A stretch of 31,058 bases of DNA from positions 1-31,058 of the forward strand of contig CAZJUB010000009.1 of assembly GCA_964549075.1 (NCBI GenBank), written 5' to 3'. The position numbers and the translations under genes were made by a program. The notes under the pieces were generated by a model. The model saw only the letters and a list, made by a program, of their open reading frames with translations. It searched no databases and was not told the origin of the DNA. Below are positions 1 to 8,834 of this stretch, piece by piece (the first letter of the stretch is position 1; each line of letters opens with the position of its first letter). The stretch comes from an uncultured archaeon (lineage in GTDB: Archaea; Asgardarchaeota; Heimdallarchaeia; Heimdallarchaeales; Heimdallarchaeaceae).

Positions 1-484
1 ATTGAAATTTAATTGTGAATAGTAGAAGTGTTGTTTTAGCTTCTTCTCTAACTGCTTCAGAGTTGTCCTTTAAAGATTCGAAAAGTGGCTCAATCATAGT
101 AATGTCATCAAAGTTCTTTAGATCTCTTGCAGCTGCATATCGTACTTGTGGGTGTTCATCCTTTAATCCAAAAATTAGAAAGTGGACAGTTTCAGGATTG
201 GCGTGCTTTCCAAATGAAGAAATCGCTGAAGCTCTTACCTGCCAACTACTGTCTTCTAAGGCTTGCGATAACGCAACTGATGCTTTGCTAAATTCGATTT
301 TTCCAAGTATTTCTGCTGCATAACTTCTTACATCATCATCTTTATCCTTTAGTGATTGAATTATTGTTTCTATTGCTTTATCATCATTGATGTATGGAAC
401 CAATTGCTCCAGAGCTAATTGTCTCAAAGCAGGATTATCATTAGCAAGTAATTGAATACTCTTTTGAATTTGTTCTTCTGACAT
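1..484 (-). CDS. HEAT/PBS-lyase repeat protein, 3' part runs off the window
   Basis: Hand translation from ATG 484: MSEEQIQKSIQLLANDNPALRQLALEQL...LKDKDDDVRSYAAEILGKI...LEDSSWQVRASAISSFG...LKDEHPQVRYAAARDL...LKDNSEAVREEAK. The repeating LxDxxxxVRxxAA motif is typical of HEAT repeats. GAGGT RBS upstream. Not in the ORF track. Confidence 0.9.
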   Translation of the reverse strand, partial: MSEEQIQKSIQLLANDNPALRQLALEQLVPYINDDKAIETIIQSLKDKDDDVRSYAAEILGKIEFSKASVALSQALEDSSWQVRASAISSFGKHANPETVHFLIFGLKDEHPQVRYAAARDLKNFDDITMIEPLFESLKDNSEAVREEAKTTLLLFTIKFQ

Positions 485-648
485 TTTGTAACCTCAGGAT
501 AATTAAGAATCTCAAGTTACTATATCTTTTGTAAAATTTAAGATTAGTGAAAGCAGTAATATTAGAAAAATTTTCATTACAAAGTTTTAAATAAAATTGG
601 TTACATTCATCATATCATCCTCTTAAAGTTAAGTGAAAGGTTATTACC

Positions 649-2013
649 ATGCTAACCAATAAACAAAAGTTCTATTATGCAATTTGTAGATTTGGTTCAA
701 CTATTTTACTAAATATTGTTTTTGTAGCAACTTTTTGGATGTACACTAATCAAGTAGAACTTGATCCTATCTTAAATGGAGTAGGCAACGCTGTAGGAAA
801 ATTGGTGATTGGTGTTTCTTCACTGGTCTTTGGTTATCTCTCAGATTCTTTATCATCATCTAAAGCTAAACTAGGGAGACGAAAGCTTTTCATTTGGACT
901 GGTGCTCCAGCTCTCGCTTTTTCATTTGTTATGCTCTTTACTCCTCAATTCTTTATCCCCTCTAGTAGTCAAACTATGAAATTTGTCTGGTTACTTGTTT
1001 GGAATGCAATGTTCCATCTGTTCTATGGTTACTTACTTATTCCTTTCCAAAGCTGGATGCCAGAAATTACTAATGAAAATGAAAGAGTTCAAGTATCAGC
1101 TCTTCAGAATGCAGTTAATTTAATAGGAAGTGCTGTAGGTTCAGGATTTGTTCTCATCATGTCTGGTTTTATCTCTGAGGATCCAGCAGGAATTTATGGT
1201 AAACCTGGAACTTATTTGTTGATTTTTGCATTAATTTTTGCTTTTATAGAGATGATAGTCTTCTTACCTGCTCTTTTGAAAATCAAAGAGAAAAGAATAG
1301 TTCATGAAAGAAGAAAGATTCTTGATGAGCTTAAAGTAGCACTAAAGAACCGTAACTATATGCTTTGGGTGGGGAGTTTTACAATTTTAAATGTAGGAGT
1401 GACAATTTTAACCGCTCTCTTACTTGATTTTCTTGAAACAGTTTTAGGGATTGAAAATACAGTTCAAAAGACTCTTTTTGGGGGAGTAATGTTTATTATA
1501 ATTATTATTAGTTTCTTCTTCTGGTCTAGGTTCTCGAAGAGATTTGGAAAGAAATGGTCGTTGATATTGTCTTTTTCGTTCCTAGTGATTTGGATGCCGT
1601 TAACACCTCTTGTTGGAAGGATACCTGCTATCCCAGCCATTATTCAAGGTTATGTGTTTGGAGCAGTAGCTCTGTTTGTAATGTCTTCAGCTTATCTCTT
1701 TCCTTATGCAATATTGGCGGATTTTGCAGATGATGATGAGAGGTCTACATCAGAAAATCGTTCTGGGATGTATACTGGATTTAAGAGTTTGCCATTTAAT
1801 ATAGCTCAAGCAACAGGTTTTATCCTCGCAGGTGTAATACGAAAATGGCCTGAAGGGCTTCAATGGTTGGGACCTATTGTTACCATCTTCCTAGTACTTG
1901 CTATTCCTATAATATGGCAAGGCGATTTTGATCCCTTTCTAAAAGATGAAACAGTTAAGAAAACTTCAATATTTAAACAAATTTTCAATAAAAATATTAA
2001 TAAAAAAGATTAG
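649..2013 (+). CDS. MFS transporter, GPH/MelB-like family
   Basis: About 12 hydrophobic segments; motifs FGYLSD...GRRK, PFQSWMPEITNENER, KRFGKK, ILADFADDDE...RSGMYTG. Confidence 0.88.
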   Translation: MLTNKQKFYYAICRFGSTILLNIVFVATFWMYTNQVELDPILNGVGNAVGKLVIGVSSLVFGYLSDSLSSSKAKLGRRKLFIWTGAPALAFSFVMLFTPQFFIPSSSQTMKFVWLLVWNAMFHLFYGYLLIPFQSWMPEITNENERVQVSALQNAVNLIGSAVGSGFVLIMSGFISEDPAGIYGKPGTYLLIFALIFAFIEMIVFLPALLKIKEKRIVHERRKILDELKVALKNRNYMLWVGSFTILNVGVTILTALLLDFLETVLGIENTVQKTLFGGVMFIIIIISFFFWSRFSKRFGKKWSLILSFSFLVIWMPLTPLVGRIPAIPAIIQGYVFGAVALFVMSSAYLFPYAILADFADDDERSTSENRSGMYTGFKSLPFNIAQATGFILAGVIRKWPEGLQWLGPIVTIFLVLAIPIIWQGDFDPFLKDETVKKTSIFKQIFNKNINKKD

Positions 2014-2132
2014 TAGTTGAATACTCCATTTCTTGCAGCTAGGGTTAGCTGTCGAATGTATGAGTACTCACTTGCTAAACTCTTTCTTTGTTCTGCGATT
2101 TTTTGTTTTTCAGTTTTGACTTTCATTGCCAT
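2010..2132 (-). CDS. Putative 40-aa basic small protein
   Basis: MAMKVKTEKQKIAEQRKSLASEYSYIRQLTLAARNGVFNY*. AGGTG RBS 8 nt upstream of the ATG, TTTAATAA TATA-like box about 35 nt upstream, and a stop codon overlapping the MFS stop (TTAG). Confidence 0.55.
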   Translation of the reverse strand: MAMKVKTEKQKIAEQRKSLASEYSYIRQLTLAARNGVFNY

Positions 2133-2357
2133 TTTTTTTGCACCTATAATAACATAAACATCTCTTTATTAAAGGATTTTTTTAATTAATTCGAATAATG
2201 GTTAAACTAAGGAGTCAGATGACATAACTGGTTTTAACAACCTTTAAGTGATAATATTAAGTTAATAAGGTCTAAAGTGCATATGTTAAACCTAAAGGTT
2301 AAAGCAAGGAATTTTGACCTCTCGTAAAGTTTAAGATAGAAGTTTCCAAGTCAACTT

Positions 2358-3167
2358 ATGAAAGAATGGACCTTGATTTCTTGGAATGTTAATGGAATCC
2401 GAGCTGTTTCAAAGAAAGAAGTATATGAAAATCTTAAATTTAATGAGTGGTTATACAAAACTTCTCCTGATGTTTTATGTATTCAAGAAACCAAAGCTCA
2501 ACCTGATCAATTAACTGCAAAACTACTTAATCCTCAAGGTTATCAAAGTCATTGGTCATCTGCTGAACGTAAAGGATATAGTGGAGTTGTTACATACTCA
2601 AAAATTAAACCTACAAAGATTAACACTAACCTTCCATCTGATAAATATAACAATGAAGGAAGGTTGATGGAAACAGAATTTTCTGATTTTGTTTTATTAA
2701 ATGTCTATTTTCCTAATGGGAAATTAAGTGCTCAAAGATTGAAATACAAAATGGGCTATTATGATTCATTCTTAGAGCATGTAATTAATCTGAGAAATGA
2801 AGGCAAATCAGTTATTATTTGTGGAGATGTCAATACTGCTCATACTGAGATTGATTTAACACATCCTAAAGGCAATGAAAATGTTTCTGGTTTTCTTCCA
2901 GAAGAACGTGAGTGGATTGATAAATTGACTTCGATAGGATTTATAGATACATTTCGATATTTCAATAAAAATCCAGAACAATATACTTGGTGGTCTACAA
3001 GGAACGTTTACAATGGCGTTACTGCTAGAGAAAGAAATGTAGGTTGGAGAATAGATTATTTCTTTATTTCTGAGAACCTGTTAGATAATTTAGTTGAATC
3101 AACAATAATGAATGATGTAATGGGTTCAGATCACTGTCCTATTAGAATTAAGTTGAAATTTAACTAA
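2358..3167 (+). CDS. xth: Exodeoxyribonuclease III / AP endonuclease
   Basis: Motifs SWNVNGIRA, CIQETK, GYSGV, VYFPNG, GDVNTAH, YTWW, GWRIDY, GSDHCP. Confidence 0.96.
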   Translation: MKEWTLISWNVNGIRAVSKKEVYENLKFNEWLYKTSPDVLCIQETKAQPDQLTAKLLNPQGYQSHWSSAERKGYSGVVTYSKIKPTKINTNLPSDKYNNEGRLMETEFSDFVLLNVYFPNGKLSAQRLKYKMGYYDSFLEHVINLRNEGKSVIICGDVNTAHTEIDLTHPKGNENVSGFLPEEREWIDKLTSIGFIDTFRYFNKNPEQYTWWSTRNVYNGVTARERNVGWRIDYFFISENLLDNLVESTIMNDVMGSDHCPIRIKLKFN

Positions 3168-3213
3168 TGTATAGTGGATATCTATATTAATATGTTCAAA
3201 TATCCCCTATTTT

Positions 3214-3999
3214 ATGCTTGAAATTGTGAAGTTAGATGATATTGATATTCAGAAATTCTGGGTTTATGTTATGAAAGATATACCTAGGTATTTCTTCTTT
3301 ATACTCGATAAAAAACAATATCCTGAGAATAGCAAATTCTTAATTGCTTTAGAAGATCAAAAGATAGTAGGAATATGTCTTATCTGGAAAAATAGTGTTG
3401 TGCATGTTCGTGGTCAGAATAGAGAAATTGTGAAAGCTCTAGTTACTGCTATACCCAAAGACCTTCCAGTTAACCAGATTAGTTTTCCATCTCAATATAA
3501 AAAACTATTACATGATTTGTATCCTAATTCAAAATACAAAATCTCTTTGCATAGGATGTTATTAAAGAAAGAAAATATGATGCCAAGATATCAATTAGGT
3601 AAACCTTTTACTCAGAAATCCTTAACCGAAGAAGATGCACCAGATATTGCCAAATTATGTGCAGAAGCTGACCCAGTTTATTGGGGAAATGCAAAGGCTG
3701 AAAATTACGTTTTCGATGAAAATCAGATTTATACTGGTTTATTTGATGGAGAGAGATTGATTTCTTTTATGTATGCCTGGGTTGATGAAGTTGCAGCAAT
3801 TATAGCAAATGTTGCCACACATCCTGACTATCAAAATCAAGGACTAGCAACATATATGGTTAATGAAGGAATTCATATAATGATGGAACATACAGAAATC
3901 GCCATTATTCATGTACTTACTGATAATGCACCTGCAATTAAAGTATATTCCAAAGTAGGGTATGAAGTATATGCAACTTATGAAATGGTAGGAATATAG
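3214..3999 (+). CDS. GNAT family N-acetyltransferase
   Basis: C-terminal NVATHPDYQNQGLAT (motif A) and NAPAIKVYSKVGY (motif B). Confidence 0.88.
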   Translation: MLEIVKLDDIDIQKFWVYVMKDIPRYFFFILDKKQYPENSKFLIALEDQKIVGICLIWKNSVVHVRGQNREIVKALVTAIPKDLPVNQISFPSQYKKLLHDLYPNSKYKISLHRMLLKKENMMPRYQLGKPFTQKSLTEEDAPDIAKLCAEADPVYWGNAKAENYVFDENQIYTGLFDGERLISFMYAWVDEVAAIIANVATHPDYQNQGLATYMVNEGIHIMMEHTEIAIIHVLTDNAPAIKVYSKVGYEVYATYEMVGI

Positions 4000-4012
4000 G
4001 ATAGTTGAAAGA

Positions 4013-5278
4013 CTATTTTTTTGATTTCTTCTTTGTTTTCATCATAAGAAAATCTGGAAGAGTATCATTGTCCATGTAAGCTTGTCTTGGATATTTCTTT
4101 ACAATTTCCTCTGATGCCATTGGTTCACTCATCTCAATAATCTCTAAATTGTTTTTTACTAACTCATTAACATATTTGCTAATTGGTCTTGGAAATGCTA
4201 GTGATGACGTTTCCCATCCAACTGGTAGAAGTGCAGGTCTCTCATCGAAGTAATTCAAAGCGATCTTTCTCTTATCTTCGTTTCTTTGACTATCTGGAGG
4301 AACACGCATAGATGTTGTTACGGGCCAAGCAAATGCTGGGTGAGTTATACTAAAAACAAAAACTCCTCCATCTTTCAATACTTCAGAGATGTTCTTTAAT
4401 GTGACTTCATAGTCAGCAATATCCATCAGAGCCATATTACAAATGATTTTATCAAAGGTGTTCTCTCCGAATTCATCTCCTAATTGTTCAGCTGCCATCT
4501 TTAGATAATGAATACCTAACTTCTCTTGTTCTTCTCTCTCTTTTGCTCGATCAATCATTTTTGAAATATCAATTCCTGTTACTTTGACTCCAAGTTTCGT
4601 TAAATACCTTGCAACAGTCCCTTCACCACAAGCAACATCTAGTATCTCTTCGTCTTTATGTGCATCAAGTAATCGATAGACTTCAGGCAAAATAAGATTA
4701 GTATGATGATACTCATCTTCTGCTTCTGGAGAGATCCAATATTTAGCTATTTTGTCCCAAGTTGATTTAGGTGTATATTCATCGAGAGAATTAAGTCTAG
4801 TAAATCTAGGTGCATCTCCAATATCAAGCATTCTTTCTGACCCCCAGGCTTTATTAGGAAATTCTTGTTGCTTTTTCTCTTTATAGATTGGCATCCAAAT
4901 TACAATTTCTTCTTCTGGTGTGAGATCTCCGATTTGGAAAGGGTGTCTTCCTTCATACTCAGCGAAATCTAATGCAGGATTAGGAGAACCACACTTATGA
5001 CATGGAATATTATAATAATAATCATAGAAAAAGAATTCTTCTCTAATCATCTCTTCTTTAGCACATCTTAAGCAAGTAAAAACTCTGCATTCAGGGCACC
5101 AAGAAATTCCATTAAAGTGAGTGGATTTACCACATTTATCACATTTGTATTGATAATGAAGATGACAACGAGGAGTGAAAGAATCAATATTTTTAGAAGC
5201 AAAATTCTGAGGATAATCTTTAGCAATTTTCGCATATTCAGAACAATAGAAACACAACTTATACTCTGAAGATACCAT
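4013..5278 (-). CDS. Class I SAM-dependent methyltransferase with N-terminal Cys-rich (Zn-binding) domain
   Basis: C-terminal ILDVACGEG, VTGIDIS, FDKIICNMALMD, VLKDGGVFVFSITHP. N-terminal CFYC, CHLH, CDKC, CPEC, CLRC, CHKC. Confidence 0.87.
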   Translation of the reverse strand: MVSSEYKLCFYCSEYAKIAKDYPQNFASKNIDSFTPRCHLHYQYKCDKCGKSTHFNGISWCPECRVFTCLRCAKEEMIREEFFFYDYYYNIPCHKCGSPNPALDFAEYEGRHPFQIGDLTPEEEIVIWMPIYKEKKQQEFPNKAWGSERMLDIGDAPRFTRLNSLDEYTPKSTWDKIAKYWISPEAEDEYHHTNLILPEVYRLLDAHKDEEILDVACGEGTVARYLTKLGVKVTGIDISKMIDRAKEREEQEKLGIHYLKMAAEQLGDEFGENTFDKIICNMALMDIADYEVTLKNISEVLKDGGVFVFSITHPAFAWPVTTSMRVPPDSQRNEDKRKIALNYFDERPALLPVGWETSSLAFPRPISKYVNELVKNNLEIIEMSEPMASEEIVKKYPRQAYMDNDTLPDFLMMKTKKKSKK

Positions 5279-5322
5279 GAAGAAAGAAAAGGAGAGAAGT
5301 ATAAAAGAATAATCTATTGCTT

Positions 5323-5928
5323 TTACTTCTTAGCTCTGATAAAGAACCAGTATTTGCTAGTTGATATTTCTTCAATACTAAAACCTGCTCTCTCAAGATA
5401 GAGTGTATACATTTCTTCATCTTGATTTTGGATACTTGTTCCATACCCAGTTCCAAATTTCTCTTTATCAGGTAATGATATTTGAAGTGTAATGATGAAA
5501 CTTTCTTTGTTAGTATCTATTTTTGAATCCCAAATCCAGAATTCTCCCCCTGTTGAAAGGACACGATAAATCTCTTTGATTGCTTTTTCCTTATCTTTAT
5601 GACTCATATACATTCCACTGAAGAATGAAGTGGCATTATCAAATTCTTCATCTTCAAATGGTAGGTCTAAAGCATCAGCAACCATCCATTTAGCATCAGA
5701 AGTTTTGTCAAAAGCTTCGTCGATTTCATCTTGACGTTTATCAATTGCTGTAACTCGTTTTCCACCAACTTGTGCAATAACACCTTCTCCACCTGCACCA
5801 ATGTCAATAATAGAACCATCAGGGATTTTTTCTATCACTATTTGTTGAAACGGAGTAACTTGTGTTTTTTCAGGATTAACACCTGGTATTTCAGGAATCT
5901 CCTCATTGGTTGTATTTTTTTTGTTCAT
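5323..5928 (-). CDS. Class I SAM-dependent methyltransferase
   Basis: IIDIGAGGEG, ADALDLPFEDEEFD, EIYRVLSTGG. ATG 5928 follows a GGTGG RBS (track start is GTG 5937). Confidence 0.88.
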   Translation of the reverse strand: MNKKNTTNEEIPEIPGVNPEKTQVTPFQQIVIEKIPDGSIIDIGAGGEGVIAQVGGKRVTAIDKRQDEIDEAFDKTSDAKWMVADALDLPFEDEEFDNATSFFSGMYMSHKDKEKAIKEIYRVLSTGGEFWIWDSKIDTNKESFIITLQISLPDKEKFGTGYGTSIQNQDEEMYTLYLERAGFSIEEISTSKYWFFIRAKK

Positions 5929-5960
5929 ATATTCCACCGAAGTGTTCTGAATATTCTCGA

Positions 5961-6031
5961 TTGGTCACGTGTTTTTAAGATTGTGGCCACTTTGTGTTCA
6001 CTTTTGTAGGATAAACTTGGTCACAAGTCAC
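5961..6031. promoter_or_regulatory. Array of TTGGTCAC-like boxes around a TATA-like element of the methyltransferase pair
   Basis: TTGGTCAC at 5961-5968 and 6017-6024, TTGTGGCCAC at 5981-5990, TTGTGTTCAC at 5992-6001, AGTCAC at 6026-6031; CTTAAAAA on the minus strand at about 5972-5979. Confidence 0.45.
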
Positions 6032-6157
6032 TGAGACTAAACCTGTTTTTCATTATTTTGCAAAGAGAGGGACCTTTCTAAATGGGACACTATACAAGAA
6101 CATTCCACCTTATCGGCAGTGGAAAACACCTTTATTTCCTGTGGAAACAAAATCCTC

Positions 6158-7660
6158 TCATTTGTTGAAAATCCACAATTGTGGATAATTGTTGTTAGGT
6201 CCCATAAGTATTGCTCCGTTAGGATATCGAGCGCTGATAGTACAGGTATTCCCATTATTGCTTATTTCCACTAATATATAATGTAATGCTTGCTCCCCAT
6301 AAGAGTAACCGTATATCTCATTGTCATCTGAATATGATTCTAAATCGGGTGCATGGTAATACAAATGGTGATTCTCATCTTCTGCATAGATTTCATTTTG
6401 TGGATTATCAACAAATCTACTTGCGTTCCAATGTCTTCTTTCAATTGTTATATCTTGATACTCACTTGCTGAAATATTGTAAAACTGTCTTATGTCAATA
6501 AATGGTTGGTGATCCAGCACTCCATAATCAACTTCTAAATGTGCCCCACCTCCGCCTGAGCACCAATAATGTGTTTCATTGCCTGATGGTAAGTCTGTTT
6601 CATTATATAATAATCCGCTGTTACCATAAATGTAGCTCCAATGCTCATAATGATGATCATGTCCGAAAAACACACCATCCACATCATATCTATCCGCAAT
6701 TGGAATCAACCATTTCTGTAACTCCCAATTCTGACTTGAAGTACCAGTTGTCAAAATAGTATGGTGAAAACATATGAAAATCCATTTTTGCCCAATTGAT
6801 TTTGCGTTAGTAATGTCTTGAACAACCCATTGTTTTTGGATTTGTGTCATACTATGTCCCTCCGCATCAAAATTATCTATCATAGTGAAATGTACATTCC
6901 CATAATTAAATGAGTAATAATTTGCGTTTGATGTTTCATAATTATACTTGAACAGATTATGATAATTCTCTGCACTTTCACCTTCATAATCGTGATTACC
7001 AACAACAGATTGAAACACGCTTTCTGATGCGAAGAGTGGAATATTCTGGAGTACGTTATGCCACAAAGTTCCAGATCCTCCTGATGAACAGATATCTCCA
7101 AGCTGTAAAATGAAATTAGGTGATTCATTTGCGATCCCAAGCGCAACAATTCTTCCCGCCTCTTGAGTTCGACTATCAGTTGGTTGCATATCTCCAACAA
7201 TGCAGAATTTAAAATCCACACTGAGATAAGCTGGAGCAGTCACAAAGCTAAAAACATGTGATTCTTCATAATTGTGGAATTCTTGCTCAATTTTATAATA
7301 ATATCTAGTATTAGGTTCTAAATTATTTAATTTTATGTGGTGCAAATGGGATTCAAAATTTTCTTTTTCAACGTATATTTGATTATTAAAATTTGAGTCC
7401 ATACTGTAAGTAATCTTTCCCTTAATTTTATCTTCTGACAACCAATTAACGACGACTGAAGATTTCGGATTAGCATCCCAAGTTAACCAAGGACCATCAT
7501 TCCAGGAATAATTCTGCTCGAGTGAGACAGAGATACCAAATTGAGTAAATAAAGTAATACCTATTGAACATGCAACGATAGTAAAAAGAAAAATTGATGA
7601 AATAACTATTTTCCTTTTTTTACTCAAATTAGTAGTCCAATAAATCTTCTTTAGCTTCAT
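6158..7660 (-). CDS. Membrane-anchored purple acid phosphatase-like metallophosphoesterase with FN3-like domain
   Basis: N-terminal TM helix; HHIKLNNLEPNTRYYY (PAP N-domain); VGDMQ, LGD, GNHD, FHH, GHDHHYE. Confidence 0.9.
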   Translation of the reverse strand: MKLKKIYWTTNLSKKRKIVISSIFLFTIVACSIGITLFTQFGISVSLEQNYSWNDGPWLTWDANPKSSVVVNWLSEDKIKGKITYSMDSNFNNQIYVEKENFESHLHHIKLNNLEPNTRYYYKIEQEFHNYEESHVFSFVTAPAYLSVDFKFCIVGDMQPTDSRTQEAGRIVALGIANESPNFILQLGDICSSGGSGTLWHNVLQNIPLFASESVFQSVVGNHDYEGESAENYHNLFKYNYETSNANYYSFNYGNVHFTMIDNFDAEGHSMTQIQKQWVVQDITNAKSIGQKWIFICFHHTILTTGTSSQNWELQKWLIPIADRYDVDGVFFGHDHHYEHWSYIYGNSGLLYNETDLPSGNETHYWCSGGGGAHLEVDYGVLDHQPFIDIRQFYNISASEYQDITIERRHWNASRFVDNPQNEIYAEDENHHLYYHAPDLESYSDDNEIYGYSYGEQALHYILVEISNNGNTCTISARYPNGAILMGPNNNYPQLWIFNK

Positions 7661-7754
7661 TTAAGTAGACCATCAAATAGTAGGTTGATTTTAACTTTTT
7701 TAACTATATAAAAATATATAGAAGAGATTTTCTCATCTAAAACATCTAAGTTAT

Positions 7755-8423
7755 TTATCGGTCTACTATGCCTACTCCTCTAATTCCCCTATTTGCTATC
7801 CAATTTATTATTATATCTCTAAGCTCTTTGATGCCTTCTAGATTAGCACATGAGGTGTTAATCGTTTTAATGTGGTTTATGTCAATTGGTAATGCGTGGT
7901 CATGTACATATTCTAAAATTGTTGAACTTACATTAGCTATGTTCTTCTCATCTGGTTTATCAAGATCTGTCTTATTGGATACAAGAATGATTAAGGTATC
8001 TTCGTAAATCCATTCTTTTGCAATAGCAAATCTTAACCAAATCTCTAAAGATTCGAGTGTATTAAATCTTGTAACATCGTAGATTAGCAATAGAACTGAG
8101 ATTCTTAATAAAGCTGGAAAACAATCGAAAACAGATAATATTTCATCAAAAGTTGTACTCTTTTCAGATACTTTTTGTCTTTGTCCTGGAAATACATAAA
8201 ATTGTAAAGTAGTAGTTACAGGTATATTATCAACAATAACTTTTTCACTACTAAATTCTATTTCAATATTGTAGGATTTCTTCGTCTTGAGCAAAAGCTG
8301 TTTAAGATCTTCTTCAGAAATATCTGGTTTTATAATTAATCTTGATAGTACAGATTTTCCTGTAAATCCATCCCCTAATGGGATAACTGCACCTGTAGCA
8401 TAGTGTTTTAGTTCATCTGTCAT
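7755..8423 (-). CDS. Ras/Rab-like small GTPase with divergent G3
   Basis: P-loop GDGFTGKS, LQFYVFPGQ at the G3 position, LLIYDVT...LEIWL, NKTD (G4), TSC (G5). Confidence 0.82.
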   Translation of the reverse strand: MTDELKHYATGAVIPLGDGFTGKSVLSRLIIKPDISEEDLKQLLLKTKKSYNIEIEFSSEKVIVDNIPVTTTLQFYVFPGQRQKVSEKSTTFDEILSVFDCFPALLRISVLLLIYDVTRFNTLESLEIWLRFAIAKEWIYEDTLIILVSNKTDLDKPDEKNIANVSSTILEYVHDHALPIDINHIKTINTSCANLEGIKELRDIIINWIANRGIRGVGIVDR

Positions 8424-8574
8424 AGTATCTAACCAATGGAATTTCTATAATTGTGCTACTCAAAGAAATATTCCTTATCTTAGAATAAAATACTTTGCAA
8501 AGTAACAAACCAAATCCTTGGAGAGAAAATTAACTGAAAAGGATTTGTATCTAAATTAAATCTTACAAAATCCT

Positions 8575-8820
8575 TCATAGTAATTTCTTAATTTTTTCAC
8601 TGCTCATAACTCTTCCTTCGCTTACAACTTTGCCATCAATGCGAACTGCGGGAGTCATAAAGACATCTAAATCTGCAAATTTAGAAATATCAGTAAAATA
8701 CTCGATACTATATTCTTCTGTTTTACCTGCTTCTTTAACTGCTTGTTTAGCAATCTCGTATTGTTTTTCACATTTACTACAACCTTTTCCGACTACTTGT
8801 ATCAATTTTTTATCTGTCAT
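8575..8820 (-). CDS. Small thioredoxin-like redox protein (MTH895-like, ars-associated)
   Basis: GKGCSKC and VFMTPAVRIDGKVVSEG; AGGTGA RBS; directly downstream of arsP. Confidence 0.9.
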   Translation of the reverse strand: MTDKKLIQVVGKGCSKCEKQYEIAKQAVKEAGKTEEYSIEYFTDISKFADLDVFMTPAVRIDGKVVSEGRVMSSEKIKKLL

Positions 8821-8834
8821 ATTTTCACCTACTT

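Noticed and set aside
15-323. 102-aa plus-strand ORF in the track
   Set aside because: Antisense shadow of the HEAT-repeat gene on the minus strand.
6101-6160. TGA stop followed by hairpins as a possible selenocysteine/SECIS signal
   Set aside because: The phosphoesterase looks complete, the TGA is not at a Cys-like position, and no SECIS consensus is recognisable.
6180-6188. Perfect DnaA box (TTATCCACA on the minus strand)
   Set aside because: Single copy inside a coding sequence, in a genome that appears archaeal; most likely chance.
6037-7221. Short ORFs 6037..6255, 6286..6501, 6502..6759 and 6880..7221
   Set aside because: They overlap the phosphoesterase in other frames or on the other strand and have no motifs or RBS.
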